From NCBI GenBank assembly GCA_050293845.1, contig JBNKNM010000079.1, positions 1 to 22,686 of the forward strand: a stretch of 22,686 bases of DNA, in the 5' to 3' direction. This document shows positions 8,668 to 17,651 of the stretch, piece after piece; positions within the stretch are counted from its first letter, which is position 1; each line of letters opens with the position of its first letter. A program made the translations under genes and the position numbers. The stretch comes from Pseudobacteriovorax sp. Lineage in GTDB: Bacteria > Bdellovibrionota_B > Oligoflexia > Oligoflexales > Oligoflexaceae. The notes below the pieces were generated by a model. That model searched no databases. It saw only the letters and a list, made by a program, of their open reading frames with translations, and was not told the origin of the DNA.

Positions 8668-11136
8668 ATGAATGGTTTTTATGGAATACTGGCTAGCAGC
8701 TATCCGACTCTCGGTGTGCTAGTCGCAATTGTAGCAGCAACTTTGCTCGGATTTGTAGGAGCAAAATTACTGGTTTGGACGATCTTTGTCGGTGCATTAT
8801 TATTTTTATTTGGGGCTCCAGGTGTATTAGCTGTTATAATACTTGCACCCATGGTGCTATTCATGGTGAAGCCGCTGCGCCGCCTCCTGGTGACCAACAC
8901 CATAGTCGGAATATTGAAAAAGCTAAATATACTCCCCGAAATATCGGAAACCGAGCGTGTGGCCCTCGAAGCTGGGTCAACTTGGGTAGACAAAGAGTTA
9001 TTCTCTGGGAAGCCTAATTTCAAAGCCATTGCCCGCGAACCATATAAAAAAGCCTCTGGGGAAGCCCTTGAGTTTCTCAATGGTCCGGTAGAGGAAGTAT
9101 GCCAAATGGTAGACGACTGGGACGTATATAAGAAGGGTGACCTACCACCAAAAGTCTGGGAATTTCTAAAAAAGGAAAAGTTTTTTGGTATGATCATACC
9201 CAAAGAGTATGGTGGACTAGGCTTCTCGGCTCTTGCTAATAGTGAAGTGGTTGCCAAACTTTCCACCCGCTCTGGTCCTTTGGCCATTACAGTAATGGTT
9301 CCGAACTCCCTTGGTCCTGCAGAACTATTGTCTCACTATGGAACTCAGGCGCAAAAAGACTACTACCTTCCCCGCCTTGCTGATGGTCGTGAAATTCCCT
9401 GCTTTGCCTTAACTGAGCCAGGTGCCGGATCTGATGCTGGATCGATGGTATCCAATGGCGTCGTTTTTAAGGACAGTGATGGATCTTTAAAAATCCGTTT
9501 GAACTGGGAAAAACGCTATATCACCTTAGCAGCAGTCTCCACCGTTTTGGGGCTGGCTATCAAATTAAAAGATCCGGAAAATTTATTAGGCAAAGGAAAA
9601 AATCTGGGCATCACCTGCCTTCTTGTTCCTTCTAATACTGATGGTGTTATCCTAGGTAAGCGCCATAATCCTATGGGTGTTCCCTTCTTCAACTGCCCTA
9701 CCGTTGGTAAAGATGTGGTGGTTGACATCGAGCAGATCATTGGTGGTCCTGAGTATGCAGGTCGCGGCTGGCAAATGTTGATGGAATGTCTTGCCGTGGG
9801 TCGCTCCATATCTCTGCCTGCCCAGAGTACTGGTGGTGCCAAAATGGTTGCTAGAGTCGCGGGAGCCTATGCTTCCATCCGCAAGCAGTTTGGCATAGAA
9901 ATCGGTAAATTTGAAGGAATCGAAGAGCCTCTCGCACGCATCGGTGGCTTTGCCTACCTCCTTGAAGCATCGCGTATATTCACCGTAGGTGCTGTTGATA
10001 GCGGTATCAAACCTTCTGTTGTATCAGCAATCGCCAAATACAATTCAACAGAGCTATTCCGTAAGTCCATCAACGACGGTATGGATATACTTGGAGGAGC
10101 TGCTATTTCCCGGGGTCCTCGCAATATTCTTGCCAACGGTTACATAGCAGCCCCTATTGGGATTACAGTGGAAGGCGCTAATATTCTAACCAGGTCTATG
10201 ATTATCTTTGGACAGGGAGCCATCCGCTGCCATCCTTATGCCTATCAAGAGTTAAAAGCACTCTCTGATGGTGATATCAAGGCCTTTGATGACAACTTCT
10301 GGTCCCATGTAGGATTTGTCAATCGCAACGCTTGCCGAGCCCTATTGTGCTCCCTCACCAGAGGTCATATCGCCAGCGTTCCTGGTGGTCCTATGAAAAA
10401 GTACTATCGCAAATTAGCATGGGCTTCTGCCAGCTTCTCCTTCATGTCTGACCTTGCCCTTGGCTCTTATGGTGGTGGCTTGAAATTGCGTGAGAAAATT
10501 ACGGGCCGCTATGCGGATGTACTGTCTTGGTTATACCTAGCCACTGCTACCTTACATCGCTTCGAATCGGAAGGCCGGAAAAAAGAGCATATTCCCTATG
10601 CTGAATGGGCTTTGCAATATGCCTTTGCGCAGGTACAAAGTGCTTTTGAAGGGATTTATGACAATATTGAAATTCCCTTGCTGCGCCCCCTATTCCGCGG
10701 TCCCATTCAGATTTGGGCTCGATTCAATAGCTTCGGCGGTATGCCTGACGATGCCCTAGGTCGCAAGGTTGCTCAAGGGCTATGTGTTCCTGGCCAGCTA
10801 CGGGATGATATCACGGCAGGGGTCTTTATCCCTGAAAGTACCAAAGAAGCCCTTGGCCGTTATGAACACACCCTGAAGTTGGTTACTGAGGCCAATGGGG
10901 TTTACCATAAAATCGTGAAGGCGATGAAAGCCAAAAAGCTGCCACGCGGTAAACCCGACCGTATGGCTAAAAAAGCTCTTGAAGCTAACATCATTACCCA
11001 AGAAGACTATGATCTCGTTCAGCGAGCCGAAGAAGCCAGAGAGGACGCTATCCAAGTTGATTCTTTCGACTTAGAAGCCTTCAGTACCAACCTGCTGACG
11101 CCAGCTGACCAAAAGGCAGAGGCCGCAAATTCATAA
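8668..11136 (+). CDS. fadE: Long-form acyl-CoA dehydrogenase
   Basis: N-terminal TM helices, 'ISETERVALEAG', 'MVPNSLGPAELL', 'CFALTEPGAGSDA', 'PIGITVEGANILTR' and a DUF1974-like C-terminus. AGGAG at 8658-8662 supports ATG 8668. Confidence 0.92.
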   Translation: MNGFYGILASSYPTLGVLVAIVAATLLGFVGAKLLVWTIFVGALLFLFGAPGVLAVIILAPMVLFMVKPLRRLLVTNTIVGILKKLNILPEISETERVALEAGSTWVDKELFSGKPNFKAIAREPYKKASGEALEFLNGPVEEVCQMVDDWDVYKKGDLPPKVWEFLKKEKFFGMIIPKEYGGLGFSALANSEVVAKLSTRSGPLAITVMVPNSLGPAELLSHYGTQAQKDYYLPRLADGREIPCFALTEPGAGSDAGSMVSNGVVFKDSDGSLKIRLNWEKRYITLAAVSTVLGLAIKLKDPENLLGKGKNLGITCLLVPSNTDGVILGKRHNPMGVPFFNCPTVGKDVVVDIEQIIGGPEYAGRGWQMLMECLAVGRSISLPAQSTGGAKMVARVAGAYASIRKQFGIEIGKFEGIEEPLARIGGFAYLLEASRIFTVGAVDSGIKPSVVSAIAKYNSTELFRKSINDGMDILGGAAISRGPRNILANGYIAAPIGITVEGANILTRSMIIFGQGAIRCHPYAYQELKALSDGDIKAFDDNFWSHVGFVNRNACRALLCSLTRGHIASVPGGPMKKYYRKLAWASASFSFMSDLALGSYGGGLKLREKITGRYADVLSWLYLATATLHRFESEGRKKEHIPYAEWALQYAFAQVQSAFEGIYDNIEIPLLRPLFRGPIQIWARFNSFGGMPDDALGRKVAQGLCVPGQLRDDITAGVFIPESTKEALGRYEHTLKLVTEANGVYHKIVKAMKAKKLPRGKPDRMAKKALEANIITQEDYDLVQRAEEAREDAIQVDSFDLEAFSTNLLTPADQKAEAANS

Positions 11137-11171
11137 TAATCTTAGGGTGATGTATATTCATTTCCATTAAC

Positions 11172-11198
11172 TAAGATTATCCTTTCTTCGTCCGATAA
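11172..11198 (+). promoter_or_regulatory. Putative sigma28 (FliA) promoter of the fliG paralog
   Basis: TAAG (11172-11175), 15 nt, TCCGATAA (11191-11198), against consensus TAAA-N15-GCCGATAA; directly upstream of a flagellar gene. Confidence 0.6.
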
Positions 11199-11231
11199 AC
11201 TCCTATCACTCGTGGTGATAGGAGTTTTTTT
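11197..11231 (+). terminator. Intrinsic terminator of fadE that contains the fliG Shine-Dalgarno
   Basis: Perfect 13-bp inverted repeat AAACTCCTATCAC / GTGATAGGAGTTT with a 5-nt loop and a T7 tract at 11225-11231. Confidence 0.75.
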
Positions 11232-12218
11232 GTGTCTCAATACAGCCCAACGGAAAAAGTAGCTATCGTGATGCTAGCCCTCGGCGAGGAGCTGGCTTCG
11301 GAAATTTTCCGCAATATGAGCCGGGCTGAGGTGCAAAAAGTTGGTGCAGCCATGGGTCGTTTGGGAAGGATTGACCAAGAGACTGTGGATATTATCATGT
11401 CCGAGTTTCGACAAATTATGGACTCACAATCTATAGCTGGGGTGAGAGGAAGCCCTGAATTTTTAAAAAATGCTATCAGTCTCGCCTTTAAAAACACGCC
11501 GGAAAGCCAAGAACTATTTTCCAGTATTAATAGAGCTAATTATCGTATGCGTTGTGTGGAACTGGCCGATGCCCCCACCCTTTACCGCATCATCCAACAG
11601 GAGCATCCCCAGACCGTGGCCTTGATTCTCGCCCATGCACCGCAACAGCTTTCGGCTGCTCTGCTACGTTTCTTTCCCGAGTCCTTGAGAACCGAGCTTA
11701 TCACCCGCATCGCTCGGTTGGAAGAGGCTTCCTTCGAAGCTCTTCATGAGCTGGACGACCATATTTGCAAGGAAATCGAACACATGGGAAATCACAGCAA
11801 AAAAATTGGAGGAGTGGCCCATGCCGCTGCTATCCTTAATGAATTGCAAAAAGATGGCGAGTCTTTATTGGATGGAATCGACGAGCGCGATCCGGAGCTT
11901 TCCGAGGAGATTCGCTCGCAGATGTTCCGCTTTGAAGACCTAGTATACCTTGATAGCCAGAGCTTAAGGGTCTTATACCAATCAACAGATCCCAAGACTT
12001 GGCTGCTATCCTTAAGGGGAATTAAACCTAACATTCTTCAAGCGCTTGCCAAAATCTTTTCCGAGCGAGCCTTTACCACCCTCAAAGAAGATATTGAAGC
12101 TCTGGGGCCCCAGAAAAAAAACGATGTTTATGAAGCGCAAAAAGAAATCATCCTCAAAGCGCTAAATCTGGAGCAGGAAGGCAAAATTCAGCTACGCCCT
12201 GATCGTGAGGTCGTATAG
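11232..12218 (+). CDS. fliG: Flagellar motor switch protein FliG (orphan paralog)
   Basis: 'EKVAIVMLALGEE', 'EHPQTVALILAH', 'GGVAHAAAILN', 'MFRFEDL' and torque helix 'SERAFTTLKEDIEALGP'. GTG start with AGGAG at 11220-11224. Confidence 0.88.
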   Translation: MSQYSPTEKVAIVMLALGEELASEIFRNMSRAEVQKVGAAMGRLGRIDQETVDIIMSEFRQIMDSQSIAGVRGSPEFLKNAISLAFKNTPESQELFSSINRANYRMRCVELADAPTLYRIIQQEHPQTVALILAHAPQQLSAALLRFFPESLRTELITRIARLEEASFEALHELDDHICKEIEHMGNHSKKIGGVAHAAAILNELQKDGESLLDGIDERDPELSEEIRSQMFRFEDLVYLDSQSLRVLYQSTDPKTWLLSLRGIKPNILQALAKIFSERAFTTLKEDIEALGPQKKNDVYEAQKEIILKALNLEQEGKIQLRPDREVV

Positions 12219-12295
12219 GCCGGATAACAGACACTCGACGCGGCGTAGCTTCGGCTAGTAATATAAGCTTAGCTAGCGGCCCTAGCCCTATACTA

Positions 12296-12463
12296 TTAGT
12301 TCTCTTCTTTTTTAGCCTTGGCCAATCCGGTTTTGATCAGGCCTTTTTCGAGAAGAACCTTAACCTTCTCCTCACCATTAACGGTCTTTGCGGTTCCTTT
12401 TATTCGCACTGCGTAACGACCGTTTCTCTTTTTTTCTATTTTGTATTCTGCTTTCGCTGCCAT
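12296..12463 (-). CDS. Small Lys-rich hypothetical protein (55 aa)
   Basis: MAAKAEYKIEKKRNGRYAVRIKGTAKTVNGEEKVKVLLEKGLIK... ATG 12463 is preceded by AAAAGGATGG; the longer ORF-track start overlaps the upstream gene. Confidence 0.7.
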   Translation of the reverse strand: MAAKAEYKIEKKRNGRYAVRIKGTAKTVNGEEKVKVLLEKGLIKTGLAKAKKEEN

Positions 12464-12524
12464 TATATCCATCCTTTTCATGGTTGATTCGAGCAGGCAT
12501 TCTAAGGGAGTCATCGGAAATTTC

Positions 12525-13757
12525 CTAATCGAATTTTTCAGATCCAGGATCACTCCAGCTATTAAAGTATACCGCACGGACATGTAAGCCACCCTGGTTT
12601 AAATGCAGGGTCTGGGAATACAGCTTACCCAAACGAAAACGCAAGGCTCCATAGGCACGATCAGACGCCACTAAACAAAACCCGCTAAGCTGAGAAGCTT
12701 TAGCATCGATGGCTAATATCCAATCAGCTAGCTGGACATAGAATTTTTCTACATTTCCCGGTTTTAAGCGCAACCCATATGGTGGATTCATAGGCAGTAA
12801 CACACTTTTATCACAGAGTTTTGCCATATCAAAAGCAAAGGCATCCCCGTCCTCCACCAACCAGCGCGGAGACCATTGCAGGGCCTTATGAAAGCTTTCT
12901 ATATTGGCCTGGAGCTGGGATACTTGATCCTGATCACGCTCAATAAAAACATATGTCGCGTTTTCTACGGGTTCCGCTCCTGGCTTTAACTTTTCCATCA
13001 AAAACTGCAAGGTTTTCGGGGGACAGCAGGGCATGCTTTGCACTGCATAACCTCGCCCTAAGTGGCTCGCGATGATACCGTTGCGCTCCATACAATATTC
13101 AAAACCTAGGGTTCCACTTCCGGCAAAGGGTACCACGACAAAGTCATAGTCCTTATTTATCAAAGGCTTTAATAGCGTAGCCGCCAGATGTTCGGCTAGG
13201 GGAGCTTTGGTTTGGGGCACTTGTTTAAACCCTCTTTTGTAAAGGGGCTGCCCCGCTAACGATAACCAGACCTGAGCGCGATTATCCTGCAATATCAGCT
13301 GGAGGGGGATACCATCATCACTCAGCTGATAACTGCGTTGCTCCAGGAGGTTTTTCAGAGTGTCCCTGATTTTTCCTTCATGATAAAGATAACTGCCCTG
13401 GGACCGGGTGGTGACGGTTATGCTTTGCTGTGGCTGCAGAAATAGGTGCCAAGAAATGGACGACAACAAATCTTTAAGCTCACCATAACTACCTACTCTT
13501 CCGCTTCCTAAACCGATCAAAAGGTCTCTAGCTGTTCTAGCTCGCAGTAGAATTTCCAGTACCAGGCGAAAATCTACTGGGGATACCAGAATGTGCCCGT
13601 GATATTCCGTTATCTCTGGGGTGAATTTATAGTGCTGCCAGCTATGGGAGACGATATGTTCCATCTCGTCTCTACAGATCCCATGCAAACCTGCAGGTGC
13701 CTTGACTAAGCATTGATGGGCTCGGCCAAGAACTTTTTTTCTTATTTCTTTATCCAC
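12525..13757 (-). CDS. THUMP-domain class I SAM-dependent RNA methyltransferase (RlmL/YpsC-like)
   Basis: 'LSLAGQPLYKRGF', 'APLAEHLAA', motif I 'VPFAGSGT', motif IV 'NPPYG'. The GTG start overlaps the upstream TAG (TAGTG). Confidence 0.8.
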   Translation of the reverse strand: MDKEIRKKVLGRAHQCLVKAPAGLHGICRDEMEHIVSHSWQHYKFTPEITEYHGHILVSPVDFRLVLEILLRARTARDLLIGLGSGRVGSYGELKDLLSSISWHLFLQPQQSITVTTRSQGSYLYHEGKIRDTLKNLLEQRSYQLSDDGIPLQLILQDNRAQVWLSLAGQPLYKRGFKQVPQTKAPLAEHLAATLLKPLINKDYDFVVVPFAGSGTLGFEYCMERNGIIASHLGRGYAVQSMPCCPPKTLQFLMEKLKPGAEPVENATYVFIERDQDQVSQLQANIESFHKALQWSPRWLVEDGDAFAFDMAKLCDKSVLLPMNPPYGLRLKPGNVEKFYVQLADWILAIDAKASQLSGFCLVASDRAYGALRFRLGKLYSQTLHLNQGGLHVRAVYFNSWSDPGSEKFD

Positions 13758-16156
13758 TAACGAATCACTCGGCGCAGGTAATTTTCTAAAAGTTCTCTGT
13801 CTCTGCCTTCACTTTGCGAAGCGCGCCTGACTTCATCAAGAATATCTTCGCGATAACGGCGACTCACTTCATACTCGCGGCGGATTTCCACATCGCCACC
13901 TGCTACTGAACTACCATAGTATTGATCGCTCGTCACACGTCTTCTGCGCCCCCGACGCATTTTTTGTTTCTGCGATTGTTTGGCGGCACTATCCGCCTTA
14001 CGTAACAAGCGCCCGGCCAGATCCGACGCGCTCTCAGCTTCTACAAACGCTTCTTTGTTGCCAGCCTCGATGGTCATTCCCATACTTTGAACTGCTGCTT
14101 TAATCCGTTCTGCCGCGACGGGGGAAAGGGAACGCAGCTTAGCTTCCAGAGATTTGGTATTTTTAATATTGGCATTTTGATCCATGCGCATGGAGCTCCA
14201 CTGTTCGGCTATCTCGGTTTGGGATCGTTGCACCGCACGGTCCAATTTCTGGGATATTTTTGCTTGCCGCTTTTGCAGCTCCCGTAGCTGCTTCCGGCTA
14301 TCGGCGAGGCCCTGCTGGCGTTTTTGCTCCATCTCTTCCCGGCTGGCATCTTCAGCCTGTTCCAAAGCCTCGATCCAATGGCGATAGTCGGCCACGATTT
14401 GTGACAAGGTTTGTAAGGCTTTTTGATTCCCCTCCTCGTCTGTACTGGCATCCCGCACCACACTATCGAGCATACTGTGAAAAGGCTTATTTTGTATTTG
14501 CTGCCATTCTGGCGGCTTGAAAGCTTCCTGAACATATTTCAGACGTAGCTTCCAGCGGGCATGACGTTCATCTAAAAATGTTTTTAACCTTGTCCCCACG
14601 ACGGTAACAGCAATTTGACGATCCGCTTTTTTTTGTTCAACCAAACGAGAAAGGGAGCGGGCAGCAACAAAGAAATCGCGGTCACGTTCCCGATCATCGA
14701 GGGTTTCATGCTCGAATAAAAACTTATTGAGCTTTTCCTGGGTCAGCATCAACTCTTCCTTATCCATCTGCCGCGATAACCGTTCGATAGCATTTAGCTC
14801 ACTGCGAATGATATGGCGGTCCAACCCGTCGAAAAAGGGCGAGGTTTCCGCCTGCTGCACCGCCTTAAACATGGTTTCGGCAATGCTGGGGTCCAACTCA
14901 TCGGAACCTTCACTTAAGACCTTGTCGAGAGCCTGCTTCACATTGTGCAGCGTACCCAGGGTTTCCCGATAGCGGCCATAGGCTGAGGCTGTTTTAATAA
15001 CCAGGGGCTCACTTCTCCCCATCAGCGGATTCGGCAGGTGACGGTCTAAGGCTTCCGCCGTAATTTTAAGGGTAGCTAAATCTTGTTGCACATAATTTTC
15101 CAAAAGCAAGCTATAGGTCGTAGCCACCTCGGTTTTATCTTGGGCTAATATATTCGATACCAGCTCGGTGTGGGTTTGCCCTTCCGACTCAATTTGCAAG
15201 CGGATAAGCTGTAGGGGATTTTCTGCGGAGACATTGATTTCCAGAGGCAGAGGAAGTTCGTCGGGCCAAGGATCCTGCTTATCACCACTGACTTTCAGGG
15301 ATACCTGAGGCAGGGGCAGGCGCAGTACCTTCACTTTCGCTGCCACCCTGTTCGTGGAAAGCGTGGAGACGAACAATTCCGCCGATTCACGGATACTGAA
15401 TGCGATCTTATGAACATTGCCAGCTTTATGGTTATCAACCTTACTGGAGGTAAGACGAAATGTTTGGGTGACCGCGCTATTAATGGGTTTTAACATCACA
15501 AAGGGTCTATCGTTTTCATCGCCCACAACGGTGACCTCAACGCGATTTTGTTCCAGCAGAGTTAACTCGTGACTGTCATGGGCACTGAGCTTGAAGCTGT
15601 CTTCGGCTGAAGGGTCGGTAAGCCCCTTGACAATAGTAAGGGTAGTACCTTTCGTAAATTGCGCCACCACCTTTTGCATACTATGGATCGCCGAACTCAT
15701 GGCACCGGGTGATAGCTCGGTCACAGCCAGCCATAACACGGCAGGGATGACCAAGGTGGATAGCTTATAGCTGAGAAACTTCAATTTCCGCTGCCAGATT
15801 TCATGACGTTCGCTTTGCAGGTAGGGCTTCCAGGCAATATTTTGAGGGTGAGTCCGCTTCAAGGAGAAAGACGAGCGTTGGGCTTCGGGATGCTTGATTT
15901 CCAATGATTTGAGTACAGCATCAGCACCAATGGTTTTGCTGTTCCAGCGCAAAGACAAGATGAAAAAAAAGCTCATGCTCATGAGACCTATGACGAGCTG
16001 CTCATCTTGCTCCATAGGCTTCACACTGGCCCAGATTCCCATAATCACAGCACCAAGGCTAAAGCTCCGCACCAAGCGGATCAGCAGCAGAAAGGCTTCA
16101 CTAGCGATTTGGAAGCGATTGATGAATTTAATATGCTTACTCAGAATCGGGTCCAT
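13757..16156 (-). CDS. Large membrane-anchored coiled-coil protein, DUF4175/TIGR02302-like
   Basis: About three N-terminal hydrophobic segments, a beta-rich middle, a long E/Q/K/R helical C-half, and the terminal 'REDILDEVRR...ELLENYLRRVIR' pattern recalled from this family. Confidence 0.55.
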   Translation of the reverse strand: MDPILSKHIKFINRFQIASEAFLLLIRLVRSFSLGAVIMGIWASVKPMEQDEQLVIGLMSMSFFFILSLRWNSKTIGADAVLKSLEIKHPEAQRSSFSLKRTHPQNIAWKPYLQSERHEIWQRKLKFLSYKLSTLVIPAVLWLAVTELSPGAMSSAIHSMQKVVAQFTKGTTLTIVKGLTDPSAEDSFKLSAHDSHELTLLEQNRVEVTVVGDENDRPFVMLKPINSAVTQTFRLTSSKVDNHKAGNVHKIAFSIRESAELFVSTLSTNRVAAKVKVLRLPLPQVSLKVSGDKQDPWPDELPLPLEINVSAENPLQLIRLQIESEGQTHTELVSNILAQDKTEVATTYSLLLENYVQQDLATLKITAEALDRHLPNPLMGRSEPLVIKTASAYGRYRETLGTLHNVKQALDKVLSEGSDELDPSIAETMFKAVQQAETSPFFDGLDRHIIRSELNAIERLSRQMDKEELMLTQEKLNKFLFEHETLDDRERDRDFFVAARSLSRLVEQKKADRQIAVTVVGTRLKTFLDERHARWKLRLKYVQEAFKPPEWQQIQNKPFHSMLDSVVRDASTDEEGNQKALQTLSQIVADYRHWIEALEQAEDASREEMEQKRQQGLADSRKQLRELQKRQAKISQKLDRAVQRSQTEIAEQWSSMRMDQNANIKNTKSLEAKLRSLSPVAAERIKAAVQSMGMTIEAGNKEAFVEAESASDLAGRLLRKADSAAKQSQKQKMRRGRRRRVTSDQYYGSSVAGGDVEIRREYEVSRRYREDILDEVRRASQSEGRDRELLENYLRRVIR

Positions 16157-17123
16157 AACCTTGCCCCCTTACGATAGTGATCCCTAATTTTTCTTCCAAC
16201 CATGGAAAGATAGATTCCAATACCACCCGCACTTGAGACTTATGGGTGAGCGGATGAGCCCCAATATTGCCGATTTCAACGAGCCGAATCTTATCTTTTA
16301 GGGGATGTTCGGCAACGAGGGTCTTCAAAAAAACCGCATCGTAAGTGGTGACCTGCTGGGGCACGATCACCATGGAGTCAATCGCTGCACGGGTGAACAC
16401 GCTGGGCAGATGCTTAACAGCATTCATCACCTCCTTGGCAAAATTAAAAGTCATGCCAGGAAAGCTCAGCTGACGCTTACTAGGGGGCGTACCACCTAAG
16501 GCTAAAAATCGCGAGACCATAGATTTGGGAATGCGCGTGCGCGGAGCCATTTCTGCCATGGTCCGGATAAACGCCCGCGAAGCCAGGGAAAGGCCTTGGG
16601 TTTCCTTCAGCACGGGAGCTATGGATACGGCATATTTAACACATTCCGGAAACTGCTCCTGAAAATAAGTACTGATAAGTCCCCCTACCCCTTGGCTAAT
16701 CAGAATCGGGATCCGCCTTTCAGACTTAAAACGTACCCAAGAGACCACCTGGAGAAGATCCCTTACCAAACTATCGAAGCTAGGAATGTGCCCTATGATT
16801 TGCCCGGATCGCCCATGCCCCCGTAGGTCGTAACAGTAAACATTAAAGTGGTATTCGCTCATAATCTGAGAAAAAGTCCTATAAAATCGAGTATTTTCAC
16901 CAAGATCATGGATCAAAATCACCGGGGGAAAGGGCGAGTCCGTCCACACCCAACCCTTGACGTAAACAGTGGTACCACTGTGATTGATGGGGCAATGGTA
17001 AACCACAGTCTGGGCGCCTTCAGTCTCTTCTTCCTCAGAAATGACTTCCCGGTTTTCTCTATAGCTGCTTTCATCTATGTCTTGTGGAGATAGCTTGCCT
17101 TCTGCTTCATTCTGCTGGACCAT
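16137..17123 (-). CDS. Alpha/beta hydrolase-fold protein (PldB/monoglyceride lipase-like), probably catalytically inactive
   Basis: 'ILIHDLGEN', 'YDLRGHGRS', and a nucleophile elbow reading SQGVGG instead of GxSxG. Start is ATG 17123 (GAAGGT upstream) or 17147. Confidence 0.75.
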   Translation of the reverse strand: MVQQNEAEGKLSPQDIDESSYRENREVISEEEETEGAQTVVYHCPINHSGTTVYVKGWVWTDSPFPPVILIHDLGENTRFYRTFSQIMSEYHFNVYCYDLRGHGRSGQIIGHIPSFDSLVRDLLQVVSWVRFKSERRIPILISQGVGGLISTYFQEQFPECVKYAVSIAPVLKETQGLSLASRAFIRTMAEMAPRTRIPKSMVSRFLALGGTPPSKRQLSFPGMTFNFAKEVMNAVKHLPSVFTRAAIDSMVIVPQQVTTYDAVFLKTLVAEHPLKDKIRLVEIGNIGAHPLTHKSQVRVVLESIFPWLEEKLGITIVRGQGYGPDSE

Positions 17124-17236
17124 AAATCGACCTTCTGACACGTGCATCCTAAGTCCGAACCAGGTTCATCTTACCATAGTTCCTCCCCTTAAATGCCCCA
17201 AAAAACCCAATCTTGGAGTAAATTCCTAAACAACCC

Positions 17237-17266
17237 TTGGCAAATTGGCAAATAATCCTATATGAT
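17237..17266 (+). promoter_or_regulatory. Candidate sigma70 promoter for ssrA
   Basis: TTGGCA, 18 nt, TATGAT, about 30 nt upstream of the mature 5' end. Confidence 0.4.
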
Positions 17267-17296
17267 ATGCGACTACCTTGAGTAGACCCCTTATAC

Positions 17297-17651
17297 GGGG
17301 GCGCAATGGTTTCGACGGGTGTGGAAGCCAGCTTTAAGGAGCATGTCCGGGATGGTAACGTGACCCGGTTATAAACGCGTTTCAAAAGTTAATCGGCAAC
17401 GATCAACTAGCTTTAGCAGCTTAAGTTCTGCTACGTTGACCTAGAAGGTGCTAACACTTCTGGCGAGACGTATAATCTGTTAGCTTACCACTGAGATCCT
17501 TCCGTCTGTAGGGCTCATGGGACAATAACCAGGCTGCGGATGGCTGAGCTTGCCCCGGGCGCTGTCATCAAGAGGATAAATCTGGGAACTAAGCATGTAG
17601 TAGCCTTTGTTTGCCCATATTCGGACGCGGGTTCGATTCCCGCCGCCTCCA
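17297..17651 (+). ncRNA. ssrA: tmRNA; tag (A)GNDQLALAA at 17395-17424
   Basis: Acceptor stem GGGGGCG/CGCCTCC-A with G3-U, 'GGTTTCGAC' D-loop region, T-arm GCGGG-TTCGATT-CCCGC, pseudoknot 1 (CCGGG/CCCGG plus AACG/CGTT), resume context TTAATC-GGC; 355 nt; CCA not encoded. Confidence 0.96.

Noticed and set aside
328..17093. Many short ORF-track entries antisense or out of frame within ettA, proS, clpX-like, fadE, fliG and the 799-aa gene (e.g. 8700-9287, 6707-7108)
   Set aside because: They are shadow ORFs of well-supported genes, with no motifs or SD sequences.
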